Part shown: piece after piece, positions 31,697-41,384 of the stretch
Layout: the number at the start of each line of letters is the position of its first letter
Position numbering within the stretch: the first letter of the stretch is position 1
DNA from: Candidatus Bathyarchaeota archaeon
GTDB lineage: Archaea; Thermoproteota; Bathyarchaeia; Bathyarchaeales; Bathyarchaeaceae
Assembly (NCBI GenBank): GCA_963697165.1
Contig: CAVOMX010000009.1
Location: 55,554 to 119,553, forward strand
Length of the DNA: 64,000 bases
Direction of reading: 5' to 3'
Program-made: the position numbers and the translations under genes
Notes under the pieces: generated by a model
What the model was told of the DNA's origin: nothing
The model's input: the letters and a program-made list of their open reading frames with translations, nothing else
Databases searched by the model: none

Positions 31697-32942
31697 GTTT
31701 CTTTCTCCACTGCTGCTTTCTTTCTGGCGGCTTTCTATATGGAGTCCTCTTTGTTGGCGGGAGAGGCGGCGGAGGATTCGGGTATCTCTTCTGTATCTCT
31801 TCGACTCTCTTATCGAGGTCGGCTTTCAATTCATCTCCAGCATATTTGCCGCTGAAGGCATCAACCCGCGCTGCTATACTCAATTTTCCAGCCAAGGCAC
31901 GTGCAATTTTTCCCCGTTGCCAACGCTTTGCATCATGAATAAGCGGATGCTGAAAGATTATCCCATGCTTAGGCGGACGCGCCTTCGTCTTCAATGACCT
32001 GAAAAGAGCCTTCTCTGCTCCCAAAATCTGCATTGTACTTGCCGGTAACTTAGCCAAGTTCATCAGCCCACCAGTCATAGCAATCAAACGAGCACCCAAA
32101 AGTGAACCGCCTATCGCTTTTATGTTTGGAGCCACTTCATCCATAACCGATTCCACGTAATTCTCTAACGATTGCCGCACACTATACAATTCAAGGACGT
32201 TTCTGCACATTGCTTGAATCTGAGCTAAGTCATCATCGCCTAAATCGGCACCCATAGAAGCCATAGCAACCTCTGCCATCGTTTGGGACTTAGCTTTAGG
32301 CAATCCCTCTTCTTCTAGGTTCTCGACAGTGAAGTTTTCTCTAGTTCCTAAATTAACAACGAGACGTGCATAAGTTTCGTGCTTTTCAAGTATCCGATCT
32401 AATTCGGGATAGTGAAGCCCGAACCACTCCCGTATCCTACCCATGAAAAGATTCAAGGATTTATCCAAGTCGTCAACGGTTAGAACCGCCTGAGCCGCCA
32501 GCAAGTCTCGCCTTTCAACAGTCTTCTTCACATTCATCTTGGCAAGTTCGATAGAAACTTTGTGAACCTGCACACGAAGCTGCTCCGGCTTCTCCACAAA
32601 CCCTAACTCCAAGGCAAACTTTTCCAAGTTTTCGCGAAATAGTCTACCCGCCTCTGAAGACTGCTCAACAGTCACTTCGACATTCAGGTTTTCACTGGCG
32701 CCTATAGCCATCTTTTGATTCTCAAAAACAAAGTGTGTGTAGCCTTTAGCCCGCAGCTTATCAACCAGACTCGAAATCTCCTCGAGCAACTTTCCCTCTT
32801 CTATCTTTCTTAGCCTTTCCGCCGTTTCAAGCGAATCTTTGGGAAAGAACACTTTCTCAACAAGAACATTGTCTTCGCCAAAACCAAAGACACCCATTAT
32901 CGATTCTACTATTGTAACTTTCACAAGTTTCCCATCCATCAT
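31680..32942 (-). CDS. nop5: box C/D RNP protein Nop5 (Nop56/58)
   Basis: Motifs RIREWFGLHYPEL, PASTMQILGAEKALF, PKHGIIFQ, RGKIAR. Confidence 0.96.
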   Translation of the reverse strand: MMDGKLVKVTIVESIMGVFGFGEDNVLVEKVFFPKDSLETAERLRKIEEGKLLEEISSLVDKLRAKGYTHFVFENQKMAIGASENLNVEVTVEQSSEAGRLFRENLEKFALELGFVEKPEQLRVQVHKVSIELAKMNVKKTVERRDLLAAQAVLTVDDLDKSLNLFMGRIREWFGLHYPELDRILEKHETYARLVVNLGTRENFTVENLEEEGLPKAKSQTMAEVAMASMGADLGDDDLAQIQAMCRNVLELYSVRQSLENYVESVMDEVAPNIKAIGGSLLGARLIAMTGGLMNLAKLPASTMQILGAEKALFRSLKTKARPPKHGIIFQHPLIHDAKRWQRGKIARALAGKLSIAARVDAFSGKYAGDELKADLDKRVEEIQKRYPNPPPPLPPTKRTPYRKPPERKQQWRKKRGNKR

Positions 32943-33009
32943 TGCATAATATTAGAGTACGCTTCCTAACCTTTATCTTGGCAGTGGATAACTTTTACTG
33001 CAAAGAGGA

Positions 33010-33930
33010 GTGCAAATGAAGAACAGAATCGCCACAGAGATAGCTGGACTAAAACTGGGTAACCCCACAATGCTCGCCGCGGGAATCCTAGGATACACAG
33101 GATTATCTATGAAGCGCGTAATAGACGCGGGAGCCGGAGCCGTTGTAACAAAATCGATGGGACTAGAACCGCGAACAGGCTACCCCAACCCAACCGTCGT
33201 TCAGACTGATTGTGGCTTGCTCAACGCCATGGGCTTACCAAATCCCGGAATCAGCCACTTTAAAGAAGAAATGAAAGAACTACAAAAAAACGAAGTGCCA
33301 ACCATTTTCAGCATTTACGGATTTTCGGCTGAGGACTTTACCAAAGTCGCCACATCAGCAGTTGAAATTGGAGCAGATGCCATAGAATTGAACGTGTCCT
33401 GTCCGAACGTTAAAAAAGCTGGAGCCCAAATCGGGTCTGATTCTTCGTTGCTGATTGAAATTGTGAAGAAAGTAAAGAAGCAGGTTAACAAACCAGTATT
33501 TGTGAAGTTAACGCCCAACGTTACAGACATAACCGAAATTGCTAAAGCCGCAGAAAAATCTGGGGCAGACGCCATAACAGCCATAAACACGGTTAAGGGT
33601 ATGGCAATCGATATCGAAACAGGGAGACCCATCCTAGCTAATAAGTTCGGTGGACTGTCGGGACCAGCCATAAAGCCAATTGCCGTCAGATGTGTATATG
33701 ATGTTTACAGTTCAGTTGATGTTCCAGTCCTCGGCTGCGGTGGAATAACATGCTGGCAAGACGCGGTTGAGTTCATGTTAGCAGGGGCATCTGCAGTTCA
33801 GATAGGAACAGCCATCGCATTCAAAGACCTAGACGTGTTCAGTTCTGTCACTAAAGGCATCGAAGCATATCTTGAACACAAAGGCTTCAAGAACATAAAA
33901 GAAATTGTTGGACTAGCCCACAAAATCTAA
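33010..33930 (+). CDS. pyrD: dihydroorotate dehydrogenase family 1B catalytic subunit
   Basis: Motifs LNAMGLPNPG, ELNVSCPNV, VKLTPN, AINT, GGLSG. Confidence 0.96.
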   Translation: MQMKNRIATEIAGLKLGNPTMLAAGILGYTGLSMKRVIDAGAGAVVTKSMGLEPRTGYPNPTVVQTDCGLLNAMGLPNPGISHFKEEMKELQKNEVPTIFSIYGFSAEDFTKVATSAVEIGADAIELNVSCPNVKKAGAQIGSDSSLLIEIVKKVKKQVNKPVFVKLTPNVTDITEIAKAAEKSGADAITAINTVKGMAIDIETGRPILANKFGGLSGPAIKPIAVRCVYDVYSSVDVPVLGCGGITCWQDAVEFMLAGASAVQIGTAIAFKDLDVFSSVTKGIEAYLEHKGFKNIKEIVGLAHKI

Positions 33931-34064
33931 AAAAATGTAGTTCATGTTCACTGATCAGTCCGAAAGCATAATGCACCACAGATTTTGATGGATGTGCCGT
34001 CACATATTTAATATGCTTCAACTCTCTAGGAGAACATACACCAAAAAGGAAGGAAAGAACAAAA

Positions 34065-34922
34065 TTGCAGTTCCATTCACGAAAAAGTTCCACAGTTCCG
34101 GGATCTTTCGATTCGATTAATCGAATGAGAACCGTAGAAGTGATTGAGACTAAAGAAGAAAACTGTAGTGTTAAAACATTCACTTTTAGTGATGAAATAT
34201 GTGGAAAGGCTGAGCCGGGCCAGTTTGTGATGGTTTGGATACCTGGAGTTGACGAGATTCCAATAAGCCTTTCAGGAATAAACTCTGATGGGCTCACGTC
34301 GATAACCGTTAATGAGGTTGGAGAAGCCAGCAGTGCTCTTAACCAAAAAGAAAAAGGAGACATTATCGGAGTAAGGGGACCATTTGGTAAGGGTTTCGTT
34401 CCAACAAAAGGAAACGTGATGATAGTTGGCGGTGGAACCGGATTGGGACCAATGATGCCTCTGACTGAAAAACTTGTGAAAATCGCCGATAAAATAACGG
34501 TGATGAGCGGAGTTAAGAGCAAATTTAACCTCCTGTTTTTGGACCGAATAACCAAACTTCTTTCAGACATAGACTCAGAAACCGTGTTCACAACAGAGGA
34601 TGGAAGCTACGGAATTGAATGCTTAGTTACTGAACAGGTAGAACAGAAGCTAATTAAAGAAAAGTATGACATGATTTATACCTGTGGTCCAGAACAAATG
34701 ATGTACAGAACGTTCATTCTGGCAGAACAATACAAGGTTCCTGTTCAGGCAAGTCTTGAACGGATAATGCGTTGCGGCATCGGCTTGTGCGGCAGCTGTG
34801 CAATAGGAACAATTAGAGTCTGCAAAGACGGGCCAGTTCTAACTTCTACACAACTAAGAAGCATCAGAGAGGAGTTCGGAAAATTCCAGCTAGACTTTAC
34901 TGGAAAAAAACGTAAACTATAA
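34065..34922 (+). CDS. pyrK: dihydroorotate dehydrogenase electron transfer subunit (start may be the ATG at 34125)
   Basis: Motifs PGQFVMVW, RGPFGKGF, GGGTG, CGPEQM, CGIGLCGSC...CKDGPV. Confidence 0.95.
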   Translation: MQFHSRKSSTVPGSFDSINRMRTVEVIETKEENCSVKTFTFSDEICGKAEPGQFVMVWIPGVDEIPISLSGINSDGLTSITVNEVGEASSALNQKEKGDIIGVRGPFGKGFVPTKGNVMIVGGGTGLGPMMPLTEKLVKIADKITVMSGVKSKFNLLFLDRITKLLSDIDSETVFTTEDGSYGIECLVTEQVEQKLIKEKYDMIYTCGPEQMMYRTFILAEQYKVPVQASLERIMRCGIGLCGSCAIGTIRVCKDGPVLTSTQLRSIREEFGKFQLDFTGKKRKL

Positions 34923-34951
34923 TCAAATCATTTACCCAAGGAAACCTGCGG

Positions 34952-35560
34952 ATGGTTTACCCAAAAAAAGCATACTTCAAAAACTACGTTTTCGTGGTTG
35001 ATGAGCACGTTTACGAGCCAGCCGAAGACACATTTTTGATAGCCGAAAAAATGTCTGTCACAGAGAATGATGTTGTTTTGGATATGGGAACTGGCTGCGG
35101 AATTCTAGCGGTGTTGGCGGCAAAAAAAGCTAAAAATGTTGTGGCTGTTGACGTGAATCCTCACGCTATCGAATGGGCCAGCAGAAACGCGGAAACTAAC
35201 GGAGTTAAAGAGAGGATAGAGTTTCGGCATGGAGACCTCTTTGAGCCCATAAAAAAGGATGAATGTTTCAGCCTGATACTCTTCAATTCTCCGTATCTGC
35301 CTTCTGAACCAGATGAAGAACAAAACTGGATTGGTAAGGCGTGGGCGGGAGGTCCAAACGGAAGACAGATTATTGACCGCTTCATAACTGATGCGCCCCA
35401 CTGGTTAACCGATAAAGGCAGGATACTGCTTGTTCAGTCTTCGCTTTCTGACGTAAACAGAACCCTCGAAATGTTCAATGAAATAAACTTGCGGGCGATG
35501 GTTATTGCTCAGGTTAAGGTTCCATTCGAGAGCATTGTTTTGGTTGAAGCAAAACTCTAG
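34952..35560 (+). CDS. HemK2/Mtq2-family protein methyltransferase
   Basis: Motifs VYEPAEDTFL, LDMGTGCG, FNSPYLP, AWAGG. Confidence 0.92.
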   Translation: MVYPKKAYFKNYVFVVDEHVYEPAEDTFLIAEKMSVTENDVVLDMGTGCGILAVLAAKKAKNVVAVDVNPHAIEWASRNAETNGVKERIEFRHGDLFEPIKKDECFSLILFNSPYLPSEPDEEQNWIGKAWAGGPNGRQIIDRFITDAPHWLTDKGRILLVQSSLSDVNRTLEMFNEINLRAMVIAQVKVPFESIVLVEAKL

Positions 35561-35582
35561 ATGTTTTGACTGAAAATTAAAT

Positions 35583-35762
35583 CTAAAAGTCATTTCTTTT
35601 AACTAGAGACGAAAGGGCAACAAATCCTGAAAACCAAACAATAAACGTTGAGTACCACACTGGAAAAGCCGTTTCGTAATTACAGATTATACAGTGATAG
35701 ACTGAAACAAGAAACAGCGATAGCCAGCAACCGGCAGTCCAAAAGAGCGTCATGTGCTTCAT
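35583..35762 (-). CDS. small 2-TM membrane protein
   Basis: MKHMTLFWTAGCWLSLF...; two hydrophobic segments. Confidence 0.45.
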   Translation of the reverse strand: MKHMTLFWTAGCWLSLFLVSVYHCIICNYETAFPVWYSTFIVWFSGFVALSSLVKRNDF

Positions 35763-35946
35763 GGTCTGTACACAGTTTTGTTTATGTAAAAGACTTCGGA
35801 ACTGCAAATAATGTTCAAGAATACTGATTAGACATTAAGCTTCTGACAATCAAAATAAAGGAAACGGGCTCGGGAATAAATGCACATTTTAGGTAATCAC
35901 AAAATATATTTGGTTTTGTTGACGCTTTATTATTGTGGGAAAGTTT

Positions 35947-36126
35947 ATGGCTGAATGCTGTGATTGTGGCGGAAAAATGAAGGAATATTCTGCTAATGTA
36001 AGGGTTTGCCAGAAGTGCAAAAAAATCCCTAGTCTCGACACGCTACTTGATTTGCTCAGGGAAATGGGTGCAAAAGAGGAAACCCTTGAGAACCTAAAAC
36101 AGGACGTAAATTATATTCCTGTCTAG
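35947..36126 (+). CDS. small zinc-ribbon protein
   Basis: MAECCDCGG...VCQKC (two CxxC pairs) followed by a helical tail. Confidence 0.65.
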   Translation: MAECCDCGGKMKEYSANVRVCQKCKKIPSLDTLLDLLREMGAKEETLENLKQDVNYIPV

Positions 36127-36201
36127 CTCCGACAAAAACATGGATGACCCGCAGAAGTTTCTGAAAGGTTAGCTCTATTCAAAACTGGGGAACCTTGCAA
36201 A

Positions 36202-36660
36202 CTATTTTTCGGGCGCTTGCTTTCTTTCAAAGAGCCATGTTCGGAAATGGAACATTATCATGTCTTTGGTGCAGGGGTTAGATTCAAGAAATTCTTTGAA
36301 GGACAATCCTCTTTCTAAAAGAAACTCTCGAAAAAGCGAGTTATCATCAACTTCAGAAAAACTGTCTTTAATTCTGTAGTGCACTCTGAAACTCTGTTGA
36401 CCAGTAGGTTTTGTCTCCACCAATTCCACCTTGAATGTTTTGTTTATTGTTTCTAGCTCATAGATGAAGTCTTCAAAGTAGTCTCTTACCCCACAACTTA
36501 TACAGAATGATCCCTCAAAGTCGATGATGAAGTCGTCTTTCTCTACTGAAATAAGCTTCGCTGTCGTTTCTGGGCTTCGATACCTGTTGTAAATGTCTAT
36601 AGTTCTTAAAACCAGATTCTTCAAATGATCGGATTCGATTTCCGTCATCAGGGTCGCCAT
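36202..36660 (-). CDS. conserved archaeal hypothetical protein with a NifU-C-like CxxC motif
   Basis: YNRYRSPE...FEGSFCISCGVRDYFEDF. Confidence 0.75.
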   Translation of the reverse strand: MATLMTEIESDHLKNLVLRTIDIYNRYRSPETTAKLISVEKDDFIIDFEGSFCISCGVRDYFEDFIYELETINKTFKVELVETKPTGQQSFRVHYRIKDSFSEVDDNSLFREFLLERGLSFKEFLESNPCTKDMIMFHFRTWLFERKQAPEK

Positions 36661-36755
36661 TAATAACCAGAACTTTTCGGATATTTCAAGTTTTCCAGTT
36701 GGTCTATGTTCATTATACTGTTGCAAAACAAAAATTGAAGTTTTATTTTATTGCT

Positions 36756-36992
36756 TCATTTTACTCTTTTTTCGGTTTCAATTCGTTTAGCTAATCAAAT
36801 GCATTCAAATGGGCACAGCCGCATGTGAACATATGCTCTCGCATATCCTAGCTTTTTGTCTATTTCTTTTGGGGTTGCGGGTTCTTCACAAAATTAAAGG
36901 GTTAGGTAAATCTGTTTCAGTGTATCATTGAGTTTAACTGCGGTCTCCAAAGCCGTTCTAGACAGGTTCTCAGCATCTATATTAAACGTCAT
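36756..36992 (-). pseudogene. decayed winged-helix transcription factor
   Basis: Single-frame manual translation LKQIYLTL*FCEEPATPKEIDKKLGYARAYVHMRLCPFECI*LAKRIE shows an HTH pattern with two in-frame stops. Confidence 0.55.
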
Positions 36993-37279
36993 TTTGAATC
37001 GATAATATTATTTTTGTAGTCACTATCTTTGCTGCTTTTGTTCTGTCCTTTTTTATTTTTCCTGGTCACTTCGTCTTCGGATAAACTATTGGAGTTAAGA
37101 TTACAAGAAGTTCCATGTGAGTCATGTTGACTGTAAAATATTCATGTTGTTACATACTCTAGGAATGCGGCTGAAAAATGACGGGGGTAACCAAATATAT
37201 TGTGACTTATCTTTTGGTATATGCAATTTTTTTAAGTTAGAACAAACAGGTTTGTTTGTTAGCTCCTGAGGGATTACTT

Positions 37280-37561
37280 ATGCATTACTATGTCTACATT
37301 CTTCGCTGTAAGGACGGTAGCTACTATACTGGACACGCAAAAGACGTGGAAAAACGATTCGAAATGCATAAGAATGGACGAGGAGCTAGATACACCCGAA
37401 TGCATGAACCTGAGAAACTGGTTTATGTCGAAGATTTTGAGAGTCGTAGCGAGGCTATGAGAAGAGAACGGAAAATCAAAACATTAAGCCATACCAAAAA
37501 GCAGCAACTAATAATGGAAAATAACGGATCAGGCTACCTGTTAACAAAAAAGGCATCGTGA
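37280..37561 (+). CDS. GIY-YIG nuclease (UPF0213/YhbQ-like)
   Basis: Motifs YYVYILRCKDGSYYTG, GARYTR, SEAMRRERKIK. Confidence 0.93.
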   Translation: MHYYVYILRCKDGSYYTGHAKDVEKRFEMHKNGRGARYTRMHEPEKLVYVEDFESRSEAMRRERKIKTLSHTKKQQLIMENNGSGYLLTKKAS

Positions 37562-37615
37562 AAGAAACTTTGGCATATTAGTGATTCGTGGGAAAAGATA
37601 AAAGATTGAGATGCT

Positions 37616-38380
37616 GTGAGGGCTAAGAGAACCATGGTCCTATATGTTGTATATAGAGCTCCCATAGAATCCAAGGGCAGAAGCAGTATTCCCAACCGTT
37701 TAAAGACGCTTGGCTGTCAGCAGGTGCATAGAGCATTTTGGAAAATCAACGAAAAGAATGTACATCAAGTGCTAAAGGTGCTTGAAAATAATCAGCCAAT
37801 ACTTTTGAAGCGGTTAAGGGAAATTAAGAATCCAAAACTTGCTAAAAAGAAGGAATTCGTTGGGCTTGGAAGCTTGATAGTAGTGACTTTTGCGCTTCCA
37901 AAAGGAGCAAACAGAGAGAAAGTGAGAAATTTTATTAGAAAGGCACCATGCATACGCTTACGTCGTTCTGTTTACGCTTTCTCACAGAAACATTCCATTT
38001 ACGAAAAAGAACCAAAACTTGTTGATGCTTTAAAGCTCGTTAACTTCATCAGAGAAAATCAAGGAAATGTGAAAATTATTTCGCGAGTAGTAATCGTAAA
38101 TACGACATCTGTTGAAAGACTTCTTCAAGAAACTAGAGAACGCGTTGAAAAAAACGCCGTTGATATTGTTAGTTCCTGCAAAGAAATCTACATAAAAGCC
38201 CGCACCGGAAACGATTATGGGGTACTACGTGAAAGTTTTTCTAGAATCAAAAGACGATTCTTAATTCTAAAAAAGGTAGCCGAAGTTTATGAGGAGTGGC
38301 TGAAAATAGACTTTTCGAAAAGCCTGATGAGAGCATATCATGCTCTAAGAAAAGTTAACTTCGTCATTAAACCTGAATGA
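37616..38380 (+). CDS. hypothetical protein with two ChrB-N/PaaX-middle (Cas2-like) repeats
   Basis: Two related segments, LYVVY...RLKTLGCQQVHRAFW and LIVVTFALP...CIRLRRSVYAF, followed by a helical C-terminus. Confidence 0.6.
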   Translation: MRAKRTMVLYVVYRAPIESKGRSSIPNRLKTLGCQQVHRAFWKINEKNVHQVLKVLENNQPILLKRLREIKNPKLAKKKEFVGLGSLIVVTFALPKGANREKVRNFIRKAPCIRLRRSVYAFSQKHSIYEKEPKLVDALKLVNFIRENQGNVKIISRVVIVNTTSVERLLQETRERVEKNAVDIVSSCKEIYIKARTGNDYGVLRESFSRIKRRFLILKKVAEVYEEWLKIDFSKSLMRAYHALRKVNFVIKPE

Positions 38381-38528
38381 AACAATAAAAAAAACACTTG
38401 GCGCCTGAACATTTTGGATAAGGGTTTAAATGCAGTTATGAAAATATATTACGTAGAATCGTTAAAGACTTCGGGAATTCTACACCTTTTAGCTTCCCGC
38501 GGAATCGGTCGCAGGCGTCAGGATAAAA

Positions 38529-39056
38529 ATGGAGAAATCAAAACTTTCAAACAAAATTAGAGTGGTCTCAAATCCTAAAAAAGCTGAGAATTGCCCAGAA
38601 AAACGGCTGCAGTTTTACACCGATTATGCGTCGGCGGTTTCTGAGACTTTGAGAAAACCTCTGTTCCAGAAGTTTCTGCGCTGGATAATTAAACGCGAAA
38701 AAATTGAGAAAATGGCTGTTACGGATATTCAGGTTAGAGTTTTCCCGTTTCAAAAAGAAAATGGAAATTCCCTTGCTGGAAGATGCAACATCGATGATGG
38801 CGTAATCCTCATTTTTCCAAAAAAACGGAGCTTCCTTCAGAAGAAACTGAAAAATCATAAGAAAGAGAAGCTTCGTTTTTATCTCAAAAGCAGAGCCATG
38901 GCAGCCTTGATACATGAGCTTCTTCACATGAAATATGAGGGCAATGAAAACAAGGTGCGGCAGCTTACAAAGAAGTATTTTGGTATCTTTATCCGACATC
39001 AAAACCCTGATGCTCAGAACGTGCATCATGCCCAGAAGATGTTATTCGCGTTTTAG
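38529..39056 (+). CDS. putative zincin metallopeptidase (SprT/WLM-like HExxH)
   Basis: LAGRC...VILIFP...ALIHELLH. Confidence 0.65.
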   Translation: MEKSKLSNKIRVVSNPKKAENCPEKRLQFYTDYASAVSETLRKPLFQKFLRWIIKREKIEKMAVTDIQVRVFPFQKENGNSLAGRCNIDDGVILIFPKKRSFLQKKLKNHKKEKLRFYLKSRAMAALIHELLHMKYEGNENKVRQLTKKYFGIFIRHQNPDAQNVHHAQKMLFAF

Positions 39057-39368
39057 GTCGTATTCGAGTCCGCTTTGGCTTGGCACATATTTTTAAGCGG
39101 CTGATAATGGTCAATTGTCTTTTTTCTCCTAAATTCACAAGTAATTCGGTCAATAAACCCAAAATGGCTCCATATAGACAAATAAATGATTAAATAAGCC
39201 TTAATTTGCTTTAACATTTTGAATAACTGTTTTTTGAAGATACTAACCTGATTTCAACGTCTATACACTAAACTAAACCTTTTTTTTCCACATTTTCAGA
39301 TACGAAAATCTTATTTGATTTTTCGCAGAGTCGCTCTCAAGGGACATTCAACAGGGAGGTGAAAGATA

Positions 39369-39434
39369 ATGGTGTTTGAAGAAAACGAGTGGGAAGATTG
39401 GGAAGAAGACAGCGAAGAGGAAGAAGACTGGTAA
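39369..39434 (+). CDS. 21-aa acidic Trp-rich microprotein
   Basis: MVFEENEWEDWEEDSEEEEDW*, with a perfect GGAGGTGA SD at 39355-39362. Confidence 0.6.
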   Translation: MVFEENEWEDWEEDSEEEEDW

Positions 39435-39623
39435 GTACTTCAGCGAACTGCTCAATCCTGAGGGGCAAGTGAGCTATAATCCCAAATAAGGAAAAAGAAC
39501 CATAAAACTGACATGCCCATGCATAAACTGAATTTTTTATTAATCATTTTTTATATATAAAACGCCATCCTGCAAAACAGATGGTCAGCAAAAGAAGAGG
39601 AAAAGACAACTATGAGAAACAGG

Positions 39624-40061
39624 TTATTGTCTTTTGTATATTCCCTTGATTACCGCTTTTTCGATAGTGTGTTTTTCAACTTTGTCTAGGAAGTTGCGTT
39701 TGTTGACTCCTTCTAAATGTTCAACGTCAAGCGCGTAGATGGTGAAGAAGTATCTGTGAGTTCCTGAAGGCGGGCAAGGTCCACCATACGGTTTTTTTCC
39801 GAAATCGTTTTCAGCCTCTTTTGCTCCCGCAGGCAAACTGTTCTTTTCAATTTTTCTCAACGCCTTGGCTATGTCGTACACTAGCCAGTGAATCCACAGT
39901 CCTCCAGGAGCATCAGGGTCAGTTGCACTCAATGCAAAGCTTTTTGTCTCATCAGGAATGTCTTCCCATGAAAGCTGCGGAGAGACATTTTTTCCGTCAC
40001 ACGTAAATTCTGATGGGATACTGCAGTTATCTACAAAATCTTTACTCAACAATTTCATCAA
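39624..40061 (-). CDS. YbhB/YbcL family (PEBP/Raf kinase inhibitor-like) protein
   Basis: Motifs TCDGKNVSP, DPDAP, HWLVYDI, YGGPCPPSGTHRY. Confidence 0.93.
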   Translation of the reverse strand: MMKLLSKDFVDNCSIPSEFTCDGKNVSPQLSWEDIPDETKSFALSATDPDAPGGLWIHWLVYDIAKALRKIEKNSLPAGAKEAENDFGKKPYGGPCPPSGTHRYFFTIYALDVEHLEGVNKRNFLDKVEKHTIEKAVIKGIYKRQ

Positions 40062-40174
40062 ATAATTCCCAAAAGTAACTGGGCAGAGCCTAAAATAAAA
40101 AACTTGTTAGCACACATATTTCAACCGTGCAAGTGTGACAAATTATATCTAGGCAAATCGTGCTTTAGTATTAA

Positions 40175-40453
40175 ATGAAGATAGGGGGGAATGTTTTGGG
40201 GGAGAAACTTCTAGAAGTTGGAAGAGTGGCACATTTCTTTGTGCATATCAATGTGGCGGTTATAGATGTAACTGACACCCTTTCGGTCGGGGACAAAATA
40301 GCAATCAAGGGACCTACTACAGACATTGAACAGACCGTGGATTCCATGGAGATAGAACACGCGAAGGTTAAGCAGGCAACAGCGGGTCAAAGCATCGGAA
40401 TGAAAGTAAAAGCTCGCGTAAGAGAGAACGACACAGTCTACAAGACATATTAG
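40175..40453 (+). CDS. translation-factor-like beta-barrel protein (peptidase U32 C-terminal-like)
   Basis: VGRVAHFF..INVAVI, LSVGDKI.IKG.TT, QTVDSMEIEH, VRENDTVY. Confidence 0.85.
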   Translation: MKIGGNVLGEKLLEVGRVAHFFVHINVAVIDVTDTLSVGDKIAIKGPTTDIEQTVDSMEIEHAKVKQATAGQSIGMKVKARVRENDTVYKTY

Positions 40454-40565
40454 ACATATTATTGGCTTAACAAAAAGTTTTGTGCTACTACATCTTTTGG
40501 CTTCATAAGAAATATCTTCACTATTGTACAAGTTGACTAAAGAAGGTGATTCTGTGATAGAGAAG

Positions 40566-41114
40566 ATGACAGACTCGAACCTCCAGAACGTTATCAAATT
40601 ATTGGAGATAACAGGAAATCTAAAGCGAACACAAAGAACAGGATGGGTCGACGTTGGAGTATACCAGCCCGAGTCCGTTGCAGACCACATATTCAGAACA
40701 GCGTTTCTCTGCATGCTATACGCAGACATGGAAGACTTGGACTCATTAAAGCTGTTGAGAATGGCATTGATTCACGACCTCCCCGAAGCCATAATAGGAG
40801 ATTTGATGCCTTCACAAAAGACCGCGGAAACCAAACAGGACGAAGAAACAGCCATACATAACATACTAAGTCTTCTGCCAGAGAAGCAGAGAGAAAACTA
40901 CTTAGCAGTTTGGAACGAATACCAAGAAGGAAAAACGAAAGAGGCAAAAGCTGTGCGTCAGCTTGACAAGATTGAGATGGCTCTGCAAGCCAAAGAATAC
41001 AAAAAATTTGGTTCAGCAAACAAAAGTTTGGAACGGTTCATCAAGTCTGCGAAAGATGTCACTGCTTCTCCCGAGTTGAAACGGCTTCTTTCTTGTGTTA
41101 TGGAGGAAATGTAA
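40566..41114 (+). CDS. HD-domain 5'-deoxynucleotidase (YfbR/HDDC2-like)
   Basis: Motifs LKRTQRTGW, ESVADH, IHDLPEA, QLDKIEM. Confidence 0.9.
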   Translation: MTDSNLQNVIKLLEITGNLKRTQRTGWVDVGVYQPESVADHIFRTAFLCMLYADMEDLDSLKLLRMALIHDLPEAIIGDLMPSQKTAETKQDEETAIHNILSLLPEKQRENYLAVWNEYQEGKTKEAKAVRQLDKIEMALQAKEYKKFGSANKSLERFIKSAKDVTASPELKRLLSCVMEEM

Positions 41115-41115
41115 A

Positions 41116-41373
41116 ATGAGCTTCAGGGAAAGGTGGACAAAAGAATTCACAAAAATTCTAACAGAAGATGAAAGAAAAGCTTTCAGTTTATGGCTGGAGT
41201 TTTCTCAGGGAAAAATCTCGGAATCCGAGTTTCAATCCAAGATGGACATCAAGATCATGCCCAAGCTGCTCGGCAAGATGAGCGCAGCAAGAATGAATGC
41301 GTTAGAGGATGAGGTTGAGCGGCTACGAAAAAGAGTTACAAGTTTAGAAGATAGGGGACACAAAAAGTCTTGA
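41116..41373 (+). CDS. hypothetical protein with a C-terminal coiled coil
   Basis: MSFRERWTKEF...; directly downstream of the HD gene. Confidence 0.7.
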   Translation: MSFRERWTKEFTKILTEDERKAFSLWLEFSQGKISESEFQSKMDIKIMPKLLGKMSAARMNALEDEVERLRKRVTSLEDRGHKKS

Positions 41374-41384
41374 AACTATTCGAC

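Noticed and set aside
13521..34591. Long antisense ORFs (13521-14198, 18601-19431, 33887-34591)
   Set aside because: They are shadows of well-supported genes on the opposite strand.
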